Positions 28,406-40,675 are shown, numbered from the stretch's first letter. The stretch: 64,000 nucleotides of DNA from an uncultured Bacteroidaceae bacterium (GCA_963777115.1 CAVZPP010000004.1:8635-72634); one strand, 5' to 3'. The notes: generated from the letters alone by a model not told the origin. Program-made: numbers and translations.

Positions 28406-28601
28406 ATTGGCCTCAGAAGCGGAAAACCCTGTTCTTATCCAATTGGAAAATAAATAATCAGGATCCAGGGAGATATGGGAGCCCAGACAGAACTGGATGC
28501 ACCAAAACATCAACTGGTAACCAAAAGTTAGATGAAAGTAATAACTGTTTTGAATCAATGATTCTATCCCTTAATTTTATGAAGAAAAGATATCCAGCTT
28601 T

Positions 28602-30710
28602 ATGAAATTCAAAAACCATCTATTAAAAAGCCTGTTGTTGATCTCCATTGTTTTCATTGGAATCTCATGTAATTCAGGTAACAATAGCACCCAGTACAAT
28701 AAATATCTGTATGGCCTGGAAAAACTGGAGTACAATAATCCGGATCTTACGGTTGACCTGGATGCCGGATTTAAAGCTGTTCCATTGCCTGTGGATTTTG
28801 ACGGGGACGGGGACTATGATTTACTGATCTCGGAGTCGGGTAGCTATACAGAATCGGGAGTGTTTTACTTTGAAAACATTACTGGAAATGTGGATATGCC
28901 GGTTTTTAAATTCGGAATGCAGGTTTCTACAGAGCGATTCCGGCTGGGATACGACGGAAGTTTATTCGAGATTTCTGACGTGGATGGCCACATTCATGTT
29001 TTAACGCCCGACAGGGTAGGAGAAAAACTTCTGATCTATAAGAATATTCCCCAGAATGTTTTCTGGGATCAAAACGAAATCACTTTACCGGCCAAGGGGT
29101 ATGAGTATTTGCATAATTTCAAATACACACAGTGGAAGATGATTGATTTTGACGGAGATGGCTTACAGGGACCTGGTCTGTTCTGCCCAATCTTCAAGAC
29201 CACCGGGATTGCGCGGAACCGGTTCCGAAATAAGAGATAAAGCATACGATGCGTCATCCAGGGATCCTCAGCTTTTGTTTTTGAAAAACATTGGAAACGA
29301 TGAAAATCCCATGTATGGAGATCCGGAAATTATTACAAAAGAGAATGGCGAATCATTGGCGTTGGGCCTGTCCCTGAAACCTTTATTTGCTGACTACGAT
29401 AATGATGGTGACCTTGACTTCATCGGTATCAGGAACAGGGATGACCACTTTATCTATTTTGAAAACAGAGGAACAAAATCCAAACACAGTTTTGTAAATG
29501 GTAGGGTATTGGTCCACGAAGATAAACCTATAATAATGGTTTCCCGGGCAACGATCCATTCAACGGCTGTGGATTGGAATAAGGATGGATTTGTTGACAT
29601 TATTGCGGGAGATGAAGATGGCCGGATTTCTTATTTAGAAAACAGTGGAAATATTTCAAATGGACTGCCTGAATTCCTTCCCCCCCGGTTCTTTCAGCAA
29701 CAGGCAAAATATGTGGACGGGGGAGCACTGGTTGCCCCGCGTGTATTTGACTGGGACGGGGATGGACTTGAGGATATCATTTATGGAAATGGTGTTGGAT
29801 CCATTGGATTCATCAGGAACCTGGGGGGATATCCTCCAAAATGGGCGGCCCCCCAACTTCTGAAGGCCGACGGAAAGGAAATCAGGATCTTACCCGAAGG
29901 TGCCAATTGGGGCTATACAACAATTGATGTTGGAGATTGGAATCATGATGACCTTCCGGATATACTGGTCAACCACCATCACGGTAATGTACTGTGGTAT
30001 GAGAACCTTGGTACGCGGGATAGTCCGGAGCTGGCCGGGGCAAAACCTGTGGAAGTCAGCTGGACGGGAGAACCTCAAAAACCGGAATGGGTTCCCGGAT
30101 CAGTAAAGGGGAATGAGCTGCTGGCGCCATGGAGGACTTCACCCCTTATTATGGATTTTGATGAGGATGGGCTGAATGACCTGGTCATGCTTGATTATGA
30201 AGGATACCTGGTGGTTTATCCCAGGTACAGGGAGTCAACCGGTGAACTGGGGCTGTCACAACCTCTGGGAGAAGGTTTATATACGAATCGGGAGAACCAA
30301 TTCTGCTGAATCAATTGACCGGGAGCAGCAGCGGCAGACTTAAAATAACTTTTGCTGACTGGGATGGAGATGGTCTGAAGGACCTAATTGTTTCGTCCAA
30401 ACCTGCTGTTGACTGGATGAAGAATAAAGGAATGCGAGGTGATAAGATGGTGCTGCAATATATGGGCCGTGTCGCTTCCAGAACATTGATGGGCCATACA
30501 GACGGACCTGTAGTTTCTGACTTCAATAAGGATGGTATTCCCGATCTGTTGGTTGGGACAGAAACCGGTGTTTTCTACTACTGGGAAAGGACCAGCAGTT
30601 CGGTTACCACTACCATGACAACTAAGGGCCCCAATTACCGGCAAACTATGATTATTTTAAAAGATAAATCAGTTGATAATATTGTTAGACCTTCAGAATT
30701 CGATGAATAA
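28602..30710 (+). pseudogene. FG-GAP/VCBS-repeat (integrin-alpha-like propeller) lipoprotein, ~700 codons; two frameshifts as read
   Basis: ORFs 28602..29240, 29143..30309 and 30315..30710. Lipobox FIGISC. At least 9 DxDxDG-type repeats (DFDGDGDYDLL, DYDNDGDLDFI, DWNKDGFVDII, DWDGDGLEDII, DFDEDGLNDLV, DWDGDGLKDLI, DFNKDGIPDLL). The break at GGG 29168-70 is repaired by deleting one G. Confidence 0.8.
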
Positions 30711-30719
30711 AGTAGCTCA

Positions 30720-32495
30720 ATGGAACACAGACACATTCCTGGATTTTGCATCTCAGTCTTGTTGATGTCACAATCGGCTTTGGCCCAGGTCCCAATCGAA
30801 ATCAAAACTCCCATGGCACCCACTTCCTGGTCGCTGATGGAGAGGAAATTACTGGAAGAAAGCTCCCGGGGCTGCGAACTTTTTGCGGAACGGTTCCTGG
30901 ATAATCGTGGGTATCTGCCATCGACAGAACACTGGGGTGGAAATGATGGCCCTGATGACGCGATGGAGAATTTCTATAACTGGACACTCCTCTATTCACT
31001 TGGAGGAACCGAAAGTGTGCTGAAACAGTATAAAAGAGCCTGGGAAGGTCACCTGCGCCAGTATACGGAGGCCACGGCAGAAACCGTCCCCGCAACCAGG
31101 GACGGAATGTATTATAAGGAATTTGTTATTGCATTTGACTGGGAGCATAACGGGGAAGGGTTGTCGGCGTTTCTTTTCTACGGACTTGCAAATCCCTCCG
31201 ATCAAGTATGGCAAAAGAGGTTGAGGAGGTACGCCGGGTTCTATATGAATGAGGATCCTGAAGCGCAGAACTACGATCCCAAACACAAGATTATCAGGAG
31301 TCTCCACAATGGGAGCAAGGGGCCCAAACTAACCCCGGCAACAGTAAACGACTGGGGTGGGGATCCTGTACCTGGCGACGCGGATCGTCTCGACCGGTAT
31401 AATACCGCAGCGAATATCAGGGGCGACCATCCTTTAAATCTGTGTGCAACCACCCTTGCAATGGAAGCCTATATGTTGAACCATGAAGAAAAATACCGGG
31501 ACTGGATTCTCGAATATACATCTGCCTGGAAGGACCGTATCATCTCCAATGATGGAAATATTCCGACGAATATAGGACTGGATGGAACAATTGGTGGTGA
31601 ATGGGATGGCAGATGGTACGGGGGCACATTCGGATGGAATTTCTATCCCCAGTCGAACTCACGCAACTATTACCGTCGGGGCCCGTTGATGGCGTTTGGC
31701 AGCTCATTGATGCTAACCAAAGGTAACCAGGAATGGGTTGATGTACTAAGAATGCAGAAAGACAATATCATGGCAGCTGCGAAATTCGAGAATGGTCGGC
31801 AGCTTCTGCCGAACAAGTATGGTGACAATGGCTGGTATGGCTACACACCCCGGACTTACCAGGGATTCGAGCACGATATCTATCTCAGGTCAATGAAGCA
31901 GTCCGATCTTGAGGCTGTCCGGAATGACCCGTGGATTCAGTTTCTTGAGGGGAAAAATCCGGATTATCCTGAAGAGGCACTGACTGGTTCATTCCGTAAT
32001 TTGAACGAGCGGATCAGGGGGATCCTGATGGATCAAACGACCCCGGATACCCGTGATTCGGATTATCCTCAGCGGTTTAACCCTGCACTGACCAGTGCGC
32101 TGGTTAATCTCATGCTCGGAGGAAATGACCCGGGTAGTCCCGGTAGCCTGCTCCACTGCAACCTGTGGTTTTACGATCCCGAATTGCGCCGGACAGGGAT
32201 ACCCGGGGATGTGGCCTCACTGGTGACGGAGATCAGGCCCGATCATGTTAAGGTGATACTCATCAATATCAACCAGGCCACCAGTCACGATGTTATCGTG
32301 CAAACTGGTGCATATGGAGAGCATCAGTGTGTACGTGTGGAATCGGAAGGCAGGTCCTATCCGGTCTACAACCGCAATTTCCTTGTCCGGCTTGCCCCCG
32401 GTGCCGGCTCAGAACTGGTGATATATCTTGACCGCTACGCTAATTCACCAACACTGGCTCATCCCTGGCATGGAGATCACGTACCAGCCCTGTAA
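30720..32495 (+). CDS. Hypothetical secreted protein, 591 aa, no family recognised
   Basis: ORF 30720..32495, intact. Signal-peptide-like N-terminus. Starts 10 nt after the FG-GAP gene. Trp/Tyr/Gly-rich, which suggests carbohydrate-active folds, but I cannot assign a family. Confidence 0.5.
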   Translation: MEHRHIPGFCISVLLMSQSALAQVPIEIKTPMAPTSWSLMERKLLEESSRGCELFAERFLDNRGYLPSTEHWGGNDGPDDAMENFYNWTLLYSLGGTESVLKQYKRAWEGHLRQYTEATAETVPATRDGMYYKEFVIAFDWEHNGEGLSAFLFYGLANPSDQVWQKRLRRYAGFYMNEDPEAQNYDPKHKIIRSLHNGSKGPKLTPATVNDWGGDPVPGDADRLDRYNTAANIRGDHPLNLCATTLAMEAYMLNHEEKYRDWILEYTSAWKDRIISNDGNIPTNIGLDGTIGGEWDGRWYGGTFGWNFYPQSNSRNYYRRGPLMAFGSSLMLTKGNQEWVDVLRMQKDNIMAAAKFENGRQLLPNKYGDNGWYGYTPRTYQGFEHDIYLRSMKQSDLEAVRNDPWIQFLEGKNPDYPEEALTGSFRNLNERIRGILMDQTTPDTRDSDYPQRFNPALTSALVNLMLGGNDPGSPGSLLHCNLWFYDPELRRTGIPGDVASLVTEIRPDHVKVILININQATSHDVIVQTGAYGEHQCVRVESEGRSYPVYNRNFLVRLAPGAGSELVIYLDRYANSPTLAHPWHGDHVPAL

Positions 32496-32522
32496 TATCT
32501 GTTTGATTTGAACCTTAATAGT

Positions 32523-34083
32523 TTACTTCAGCAGCTCAACTCCTTTTATATCCTTGTTTTCACCATATGATGGCACCATCCTCAATTCTTCTCCATCAAT
32601 TGTAAGGTTATTGATACTGGCATTTTCAGTATCCTTCAGGATCACCTGGTGGTTATTTGAAAGAGAGGTAACACTTCCTCCTTCCATTGTAAGGTTTCTT
32701 ACATCATCAAAAACAAAGGCCGGGCGAAAATCATCATCCCGGACACTGAGCCTTACATTCTTCAAAACCAAACCATAGACGTGCCGAACATAAAATCCCC
32801 AGGAGGGGAGTTCACCAAACATATGGAACTCCGGATATTCTGATGCTGCCTCAGGTATTGAATCCAGTCGCCAGCAGGGGAAAATGCGCATATCTTTCAT
32901 TTGCCCTTCCGGGATGAGAGATATTCACATCTTCAATGGTTACATTTTCAACGGGATGACCGGGTAGTCCGGTTATGGAAGATGGAAATGGATTGTGAAA
33001 AAATGCCAGTTCTGGTCCGCGTATCTGGTACTTCAAATCTGGTGCTCCAAATGGAATATGAACGTGCAATTGTTTTATAGTTATGTTTCTTATGGCCCCA
33101 ATTTTTCCATCTACGTTCCTGTGTCCAAGTTTAATAAAAATGGCATTTCCTGTATTGCTTGCAAATATATTCGTTGCTGATACATTCTCAATGGTTCCTC
33201 CATCGACCGCTTCAAAGGCCAGGGCAGACCGGAATGTATCGTATATGGTGATGTCTTCAATGGTCACGTTTTTAAACCCTCCCGCAGATGCTGTCCCAAA
33301 CTTTATGGCGCTGGCACTGGACCTGACAGTATTATTAGCGATATAGACCTGGTCACAATAGGAATCGGGATCGGAAGACTTAAGACAGATGCCATCGTCG
33401 GCGGAGTTGATATAGGAATTTGTTATGCGGACATTTTTGCAATCTTCGACGTCGATTCCATCATTATTCCAGAATGCATCGCTTTCAATATGAATTCGGT
33501 CTATTTCGAGCTGGTCGCATTTTTGCAGCCTTATCACCCAATCTGTTGCATTCATTGCATTGATCCCGGTGATCTTTACATTTTTACAGTTATTAATCTT
33601 CAGCAGGTTGGGCCTGCCTCCCGGGCGCATGCGACGGTAATTATATCCCTTGTCAATCAGAATGCCGCTGTGGTGAAGGCTGTCTATGACCAGGGCGAGT
33701 TCACCTCCACGACCATTAATTGTTCCTTCCCCGGATATTACAATATCGTGCTGGTCTCTTGCAATAATTAGTGCGTTATCCTCTTTTATCCTGTAGTAGT
33801 CATTGATATTAATACTACCTAAGAGTATGGCGCCCTTTTTGAGATGCAATTCTACATTACTCTTAAGACTTAGAGTTCCGCTAAGAAATATGCCTTCAGG
33901 AATAATGACTTTCCCTCCCCCTGTGCTGGTGGCTTTGTCAATGGCAGCCTGAATTGGCTGAGTATTCAGCGTACTACCATCGGGAACGGCTCCATAGTCT
34001 GTGATTATAAAATCCTGTCCAAAACCGATTATTGAAAATGAGAACAGCAATAAGCTGAGTGCTAACGTTTTTAATCTTTTCAT
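32523..34083 (-). pseudogene. GH28 glycoside hydrolase (polygalacturonase-like, parallel beta-helix); one frameshift as read
   Basis: ORFs 32851..34083 and 32523..32900. Signal peptide. ITDYGAVPDGSTLNTQPIQAAID, WNNDGIDVEDCKNV and SADDGICLKS motifs. Confidence 0.8.
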
Positions 34084-34091
34084 CTGGTTAA

Positions 34092-34989
34092 TTATAAGGC
34101 ATTCTGCAGGGCCAGGAAGAGTCCCCTGTAATAGTGCAGCAACCTTACAGGATCTTCATTACCGGATATTTCAGCATTGCAGTAGCCTGAATAGTTATTT
34201 TCGGAAAGCAAACTGAAAAGCTGCCGGTAGGGATATCCATCCCACAGTTCATGAGTATGCACGCCCCGGATCCTGTCCCTGACCAGGTTGAAATTGTATT
34301 CAAGTCCCTCCCCCTCAGTGTCGCTGGCGTCACAGTTCCAGTTTACATATACATGGGGGCTCTGCGAATAATCAATGATCTTTTTAATGACCGGGACATT
34401 GCTTGTTCCTTTTCCGTGAACACATACCCTGATCTCCACGCCATGGTTATAGGCAAATTCACCCACTTCGGCAAGGGCTTTCCCGATCTGTTCCAGGGTT
34501 TGTTCCACGGGCACCCCTTCAGGAAGTGCATTGGGAAATACCCTGAAGCCAATGGCTCCCACATCACGTGCCAGCAGGGTATATTCCCTGGTTCCCTCAA
34601 TGTTCTTTTTAAGTTCAGCCGGATCAGGGGAATGGTACTGAAATGCACTGGCCAGGCTGATGGCTTCAAGGGGAGAGTCCTCGAAACGTTTTTTCACTTC
34701 ACTTCGTTCCTTTTTACTCAGGGTAACTTCAATCCCATGGGCATGGGTGGTGCGCAATTCGACGGACTGATACTCAGCTTCACTCAGATTCTTTGATAAT
34801 GGTATCAATATCCCAGTCCTTGGCAATGGTATAGGTCATGATACCCAGTTTCAGGGGATTCGCATTTAATTTAAAGGATTGGTCCCTTAAGATACTGGGT
34901 GCTGCAGCTGCACTTCCCGGTAATGCGGCGGCAGCACCAGAAATTGCAGCGGTTTTTAGAAAGTTTCTTCTGGAAAACAGATTTTTCAT
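34092..34989 (-). pseudogene. TAT-exported xylose-isomerase-like TIM-barrel protein (sugar phosphate isomerase/epimerase family); one frameshift as read
   Basis: ORFs 34780..34989 (MKNLFSRRNFLKTAAISGAAAALPGSAAA) and 34092..34826 (IEVRVCVHGKGT..VNWNCD..VHTHELWDGYPY). Confidence 0.75.
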
Positions 34990-34992
34990 GGT

Positions 34993-36341
34993 TTATATTT
35001 TTTCGGGCATGAGATAGGGGGCACGGTAGTCCCTTGTCAGGTAACTGTCTGCCTCCTTATCATTGATGAATTTTTCAGTTTTCGGGTCAAAGCTCAGTTT
35101 ACGTCCTGTCCGGTAGGAAATATTTCCCAGGTGACCAATGGAAGCGGACAAATGGCCTTCAGCAATATCACAGTCAAGATCCTCTACCCTTCTGCTTCTC
35201 ACACATTCCACAAAGTTTTTCCAGCCATTGGTCTGTTCTTCCTCCGGAAGATCATCGTCGGACATGGCTGGGACCGGGTTCATTGTTTTTACCAAAATAG
35301 GTTTTAAAGCTACCACCCGTCATGGCCATCCAGCCATCATCGCTGTAGATGAAAGTACCATTATGTTTTTCCACTCCTTCGGGATTGGTGCAAAGGCTTC
35401 TTACCTCATTTTGAATGATCTTGCCATCCTCATATTCATAGATGGCCGAGAGTACATTGGGCACCTCCTGGTCATCATTTCTTCCGAAGAGTCCCCCGGT
35501 GCAATGAACTTTTACGGGATGGGTATCAATATTCAGGGCCCAGCGGGCCCCGTCCATCCGGTAAATTCCGTTATTGCCGAATTCGGTTGTACCTGTATCC
35601 CAGAACCAGTGCCAGTTGTAAATGTACCTGTTCTCGTTGAAGGGGCGGTAGGGGGCGGGACCAAGGAATTTATCCCAGTGGACACCCTTTGGAACGGGAC
35701 TGTCTTCCACTATGTCCGATGCTACACGGTGGCGGTAAACAATTCCCCTGGCCATATAAACCTCCCCAAGTTTTCCGTCGGCAATAAACTTAACTGCGGC
35801 CTTTGTGGCTTTGCTGCTTCTCCAGGTGATCCCGTTCTGTACAATCCGGTCATATTTCCTGGCGGCTTCTATCATCTTTCCCCCCTCGGCAATTAACTGG
35901 TGAGCAGGTTTTTCCACGTATACATCTTTTCCTGCCTGGCAGGCCCATACGGTATAAGCCCATGCCAGTGGTCGGGGGTAGCCACAGATATGATATCAAT
36001 ATCCTTATCCTCGATGAGTTTGCGAAAATCAACTTCGGTCCTGGGTTTATTCCCGAAAAGCTTCTCCACTTCAGCTGAGGCGGCCGGGAACAATCTCTCA
36101 TCCACATCGCATAGTGCGGTAATCCTAACATTGGGAATTTTGGCATAATTATTTACATGCACCATGCCACGGCCACCTATTATTCCCCTTACCCTTGGCC
36201 TGTCGCTTCCACTGACTCCCACAACAGCCACATTGAGGGTTTCGCTGGGTTTCTTGCTTACAAGTCTTTGATTACGGCCGGGGCAACTGCCATCATACCG
36301 GCAGTATATCCGGTTTTCTTGACGAATTTTCGGCGATCCAT
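34993..36341 (-). pseudogene. TAT-exported Gfo/Idh/MocA-family oxidoreductase; at least 3 frameshifts as read
   Basis: ATG at 36341 gives MDRRKFVKKTGYTAG.. ORFs 35893..36411, 35252..35917 and 34993..35316. NVAVVGVSG, ATPDHWH, ACQAGKDVYVEKP (third frame) and YNWHWFWDTG. The break at CCC 35959-61 is repaired by adding one base. Confidence 0.8.
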
Positions 36342-36466
36342 TATATAATTTGATTTGGTTAGTATTATATAGGAAATTTAGGTAAAACCGGCAAACTGCC
36401 ATAAATGCCATTATAGCAGTACCGGTATTCAGATAGCTTGGTCAGTTAATTCGATAGAAACAATTC

Positions 36467-37352
36467 TTATTTGTTGCCAATCATTTTATTGAAAACCTCC
36501 AGTTGTTCCTTCATGGCTAGCAACCCTGTCTGTCGGGGGTTAGTGCGGGCTTCAAGTAAGATCCAGCCGTCATATTTTATTTTTACAAACAAATTCATGA
36601 GCTGCTGGTAGGGATACTCACCCACATTCAATTCACGAATATGAACTGTATCGCCAAACCATTTTTTTACCGAATTGAAATTTGCCTCCAGCCCGGGAGG
36701 GTTCAAATCCTGGTCATTGCAATTCCAGCACATGGTTACACTTTTTTCAGTAACCTGTTCAAAAATGGCTTTCATATTAGGTATTTCCTGTGATACGCTG
36801 CCGTGAACCTCCACCCGGATCACCTGCCCCAGATCACTGGCATACCTTCCAACTTCATTTAGAGAGGAGGCAATCTGGGCAATGGTTTTTTCCCAGGGCA
36901 CCTCCTTGGGAATACCGTTGGGTTTTACTTTGATCCCGGTTGCCCCAATGTCCTTGCATAATTTCAGATACTCTTTGGTTCCCTGAATATTCTTTTTGAC
37001 CTCAGCCTGATCGGGACTGTGATATTCGAAATTTGATCCATAACCCACACAGGTAACCGGACTGTCGGCAAAGCGCTTTTTAACATCAGACGCGCTCACT
37101 GGCGGAAAGGCTGGTTTCAACTCCGTGAGCATGCTGAGTGCGCAATTCAACACCCAGGAATCCAGCCTTTTCGCAGTTTGCGATCAGGGTTGGCAAATCC
37201 CAGTCTTTGCCCCACTGATAGGTGACCAGGCCAAGTTTCATTCTTGATTTCTTCATCATGGCATGTGCCGAAACCGGGTCAATCAGTGAAAGACCAACAC
37301 CGGCAACAAGGCTTTTCTGTAGAAAACTACGACGTGAATGATTAATATCCAT
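36467..37352 (-). pseudogene. TAT-exported xylose-isomerase-like TIM-barrel protein, paralogue of 34092-34989; one frameshift as read
   Basis: ORFs 37086..37352 (MDINHSRRSFLQKSLVAGVGLS) and 36467..37153 (IRVEVHGSVS..MCWNCN..VHIRELNVGEYPY). Confidence 0.75.
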
Positions 37353-37380
37353 GATAATGTAATTTAGACTAACGAATCAG

Positions 37381-38434
37381 TTACTCTGCAGCATATTCGT
37401 CAGCCAGTTGATTAATTTGATCATCAGTTAGATCCTCAGCCGCAACCACAAGCCTGTATTTAAATGTAACAGACTCGCCTTTTTTCAAACTGAAGTTCAG
37501 TTCATTTTCACCTTCAGAAAATATTTTCTGACCAAGTGTGTTAGCGGCAAATAAACCATAATCCCTTGCATGCCAGTAGGTTGGATATCCGACATTTGAA
37601 GGATGATCAATGATTACCAGAGATACCTGCTCTCCATTGATTTCGCTTGACAGTTTCATCCAGCGGCAGCGTGTTCCCCATACTTTACCTCCCTCTACTC
37701 CTTCTGCACTTCTGTAGTTTCCTTTCACAAGGGTATTGTCCATTTTTTCAACCCTGGTCACATTGCCATGTGAGTCCATAAGATTGGTTGGTTTTTCAGT
37801 AGGAAGTTCCAGTTCACGGGCAACACGGATGGCAAACATCCCCTCTTTATTGTCTGTGAAATTCACTGTATCGATAACAGCTTTAAGGGTAGTGGTACGA
37901 TCTATAATTCGGGAATTTTCCGATGCAATGAATTTAAAACTGGTCTGCTCCTCCAACATCATTGTATTGTCCGGAGATTTCCAGACAGCAGTGGTTTCCA
38001 GCAGCGCACTCCCCTTACCGCTCTCTGCTTTTTCAACGGACTTATGATAAATTGTGCCATACCCTTCTCTTTTTTCGGGAGCAATGGCTTCCGAATTATT
38101 CCAGAAATCAAGCCCGTTCACATCGCCATAGTTTAACCATATGCCAACATGGTGAGGGTGATCGGTGCGATCGCCCTCTTTATTGATCATCGGGAAACTG
38201 CGGGTGAGCATGTTACCTGCCGGAGACATGACCGGCCACAATACCGGTTTTTTCACATTGTCAGGATAGATGTAGGAGGTAAAAAGCTTTCCGTCGATCA
38301 TAACATCAACTTTCTTCTCAGCTTCATTTACCTTCAGATCAATTGCACTTGTTCACTGCTGTTGCTGCATTGACTGAAGAGCAACATGCTGCTGCTCAGA
38401 ACAGCCAAAATACTATTAACGTTTTATATTTCAT
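37381..38434 (-). pseudogene. DUF6807 (PmoA-like) family protein; about 2 frameshifts in the signal-peptide region as read
   Basis: ORF 37381..38301 (KPVLWPVMSPAGNMLTRSFPM..DHPHHVGIWLNYGDVNGLDFWN). Upstream, ATG 38434 gives MKYKTLIVFWLF.. in other frames. Confidence 0.7.
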
Positions 38435-38476
38435 TGGAGTATTTTATTTAAATGCTGTTTGTATGTATTTATTTTC

Positions 38477-39818
38477 TTATACTTTTTCAGGAACCTCAAA
38501 ACCTTCACGATAATTCCGTGTAAGCATCTTATCTGCTTCCGGATCGTTCACAAATGATTCAGCTTCGGGATTGAAGTGTTAATACGCGGTCTAACCTGTA
38601 AGCAATATTGCCAAGATGTGCCAATCCGGAAGAGAGGTGAGCCGTTTCAACCGGGCCATTAAATATGGATGCATCATGCTTGCGCACAGCCTCAATGAAA
38701 TTGGTAAAGTGCCCGTCTGTTCCGCCGGCACCCCTGTCATACTCCGATCCTGATCCTTCACCATCTTTTCCCGATTTTCCGGGTTCTCTTTTCTGACCTA
38801 AATAGGACTTGTAAGAATCATAGCCATCCACAACAATGATCCCCTTATCGCCATAGAAAATATTACCCACAGTGGCTCCTTCTTCGGTGTTGGTGCACCA
38901 GGGGCGCACTTCAAACTGGATGATCTTATTCTCTTCGGGATAGTTATAGACTGATGTAAGTACTTCAGGAACCTCCTTGCAGTCGTCCCAGAGGAATTTA
39001 CCTCCCATGGATGTGATCTTAGTAGGTAGGCCCACATCCAGTCCCCACATGCAAAGATCGGTTTCGTGAATGCCCTGGTTGCCCACATCGCCATTTCCAT
39101 AATCCCAGTGCCAGTGCCAGTTGTAATGTACCAGGTTTTCTGTGAACGGACGCTTTGGTGCCGGACCGGTCCACAGGTCGTAATCCACACCATCGGGAAC
39201 AGGTGAGAATCCCTTATCGCCAATATCGGCTCTCCAGCGGAAAACAAGTCCACGGGCCATGTAAACCCTGCCGATATATCCGTCACGCATTAAATCTATG
39301 GCCTCGTTGACAGCCGGGGAACTTCTTAATTGAACTCCGTGCTGTACAATGCGGTCGTACTTCTGTGCAGCTTCAACCATCTTGCGGCCTTCCCAGATAT
39401 TATGCGAGCCCGGTTTTTCCACATAGGAGTCCTTGCCGGCCTGGCATGCCCAGATGACTCCAAGCGAATGCCAGTGGTTCGGTGTTGCATGGCTTACCAC
39501 ATCAATATCTTTATTGTCCATTATCCTGCGAATATCCTGCTCAAGGGCCACATCCTGCTTGTATTTATCCTTAAATTCCTTCTGGCGCTTTTTCAGGATG
39601 TTCATATCCGGATCGCAAAAGTGGGTAATCTGCAGATTATCCTGGGCCATAAAGCCCTGGATATGGCTTTTTCCCCGGCCATTAAGCCCTAGTACGGCAG
39701 CATTAATACGGTCATTGGCTCCAAATGCCCTGGCCGGAATAATGGTAGGAGCAACAATTACAGCTGATCCGGCAGCTGCAGTTTTCTTAATAAATGATCT
39801 TCTTGATTCCATATTCAA
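38477..39818 (-). pseudogene. TAT-exported Gfo/Idh/MocA-family oxidoreductase; one frameshift near the 3' end as read
   Basis: ORF 38559..39818 (MESRRSFIKKTAAAGSAVIV; AVLGLNGRGKSH; ATPNHWH; YVEKP; YNWHWHWDYGNGD). The C-terminus continues in another frame as FNPEAESFVNDPEADKMLTRNYREGFEVPEKV-stop at 38477. Confidence 0.85.
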
Positions 39819-39861
39819 TTGTGTTTGGTTTATATTATTAATATTCTATATTTAAATTATC

Positions 39862-40543
39862 TTAGATTTCTTCACCACCCTTTATGGTTTCGATAAGTAT
39901 GACACCATTTGCGCCACGAGAACCATACACCGCAGAACCGCCATCCTTAATCGCATCAATGCTTTTAACCTGAATGGGAGACAATGTACTTAAAGTTTCC
40001 GAATCCCATATAACACCATCAACAACAATGAGGGCAGCACTGCTTCCCTGAAATGATTTGTCACCCCTGAAAATTATTTCCCCATTTGTAACCTGGGCCC
40101 CGGCAAGCTGGCCCCTGATCAGATCATAAATATCAGAATATTTCGTAAAGAGTGCATTCGTTGTGTTTACAGCCCGATACCGCATTGGTTATATCCTCAC
40201 TCCGAAACATAGCCATATCCAATGGCATATTCCCGCTGCTTTTCACCAGGTTTTAATTTCAGATTAACAGCAACCATTTTTATATTCTCCGAGATCTTAA
40301 CATTTTGAGTGTAAAACCCCCTGTGCCATTATTTTCAATTTATCTTTCGGATTACAGAAAGCAATAAATTTTCCCAGTGGAATCAGTGAAAACTGATTGC
40401 TTGGTGCTTTTTACTTTAATTTCAGCACCAATTAAAGGAATCTCTGTCGAAAGTGTGAACAATTCCCTGTATCACATGATCCTGTGAATAAAGAACAAAT
40501 TGAAACGAAGATGAAAAGAAAGAATGATGCCTGTTTTCTTCAT
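39862..40543 (-). pseudogene. Small CarboxypepD_reg/TonB-plug-like protein; about 4 breaks as read
   Basis: ORF 39862..40185 ends ALIVVDGVIWDSETLSTLSPIQVKSIDAIKDGGSAVYGSRGANGVILIETIKGG (plug-type motif). The N-terminus MKKTGIILSF.. from ATG 40543 lies in broken frames. Confidence 0.5.
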
Positions 40544-40634
40544 GGCTTTAAGTTAATTTGACTCTCTAAATTTACATCAAATCAGAAGTAAATCACATAA
40601 AAAATAATATAAATTAGTAACATACACAATATAC

Positions 40635-40675
40635 AAAAAAAACTCACCCGATGACCTACAGAGTCACCGGATGAG
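40635..40675 (-). terminator. Rho-independent terminator downstream of the SusD-like gene
   Basis: The minus-strand RNA CUCAUCCGGUGAC-UCUGUAG-GUCAUCGGGUGAG forms a 13-bp stem (2 G-U pairs that are A-C mismatches on the plus strand). It is followed by U8 (A-run 40635-40642 on plus). Confidence 0.75.
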
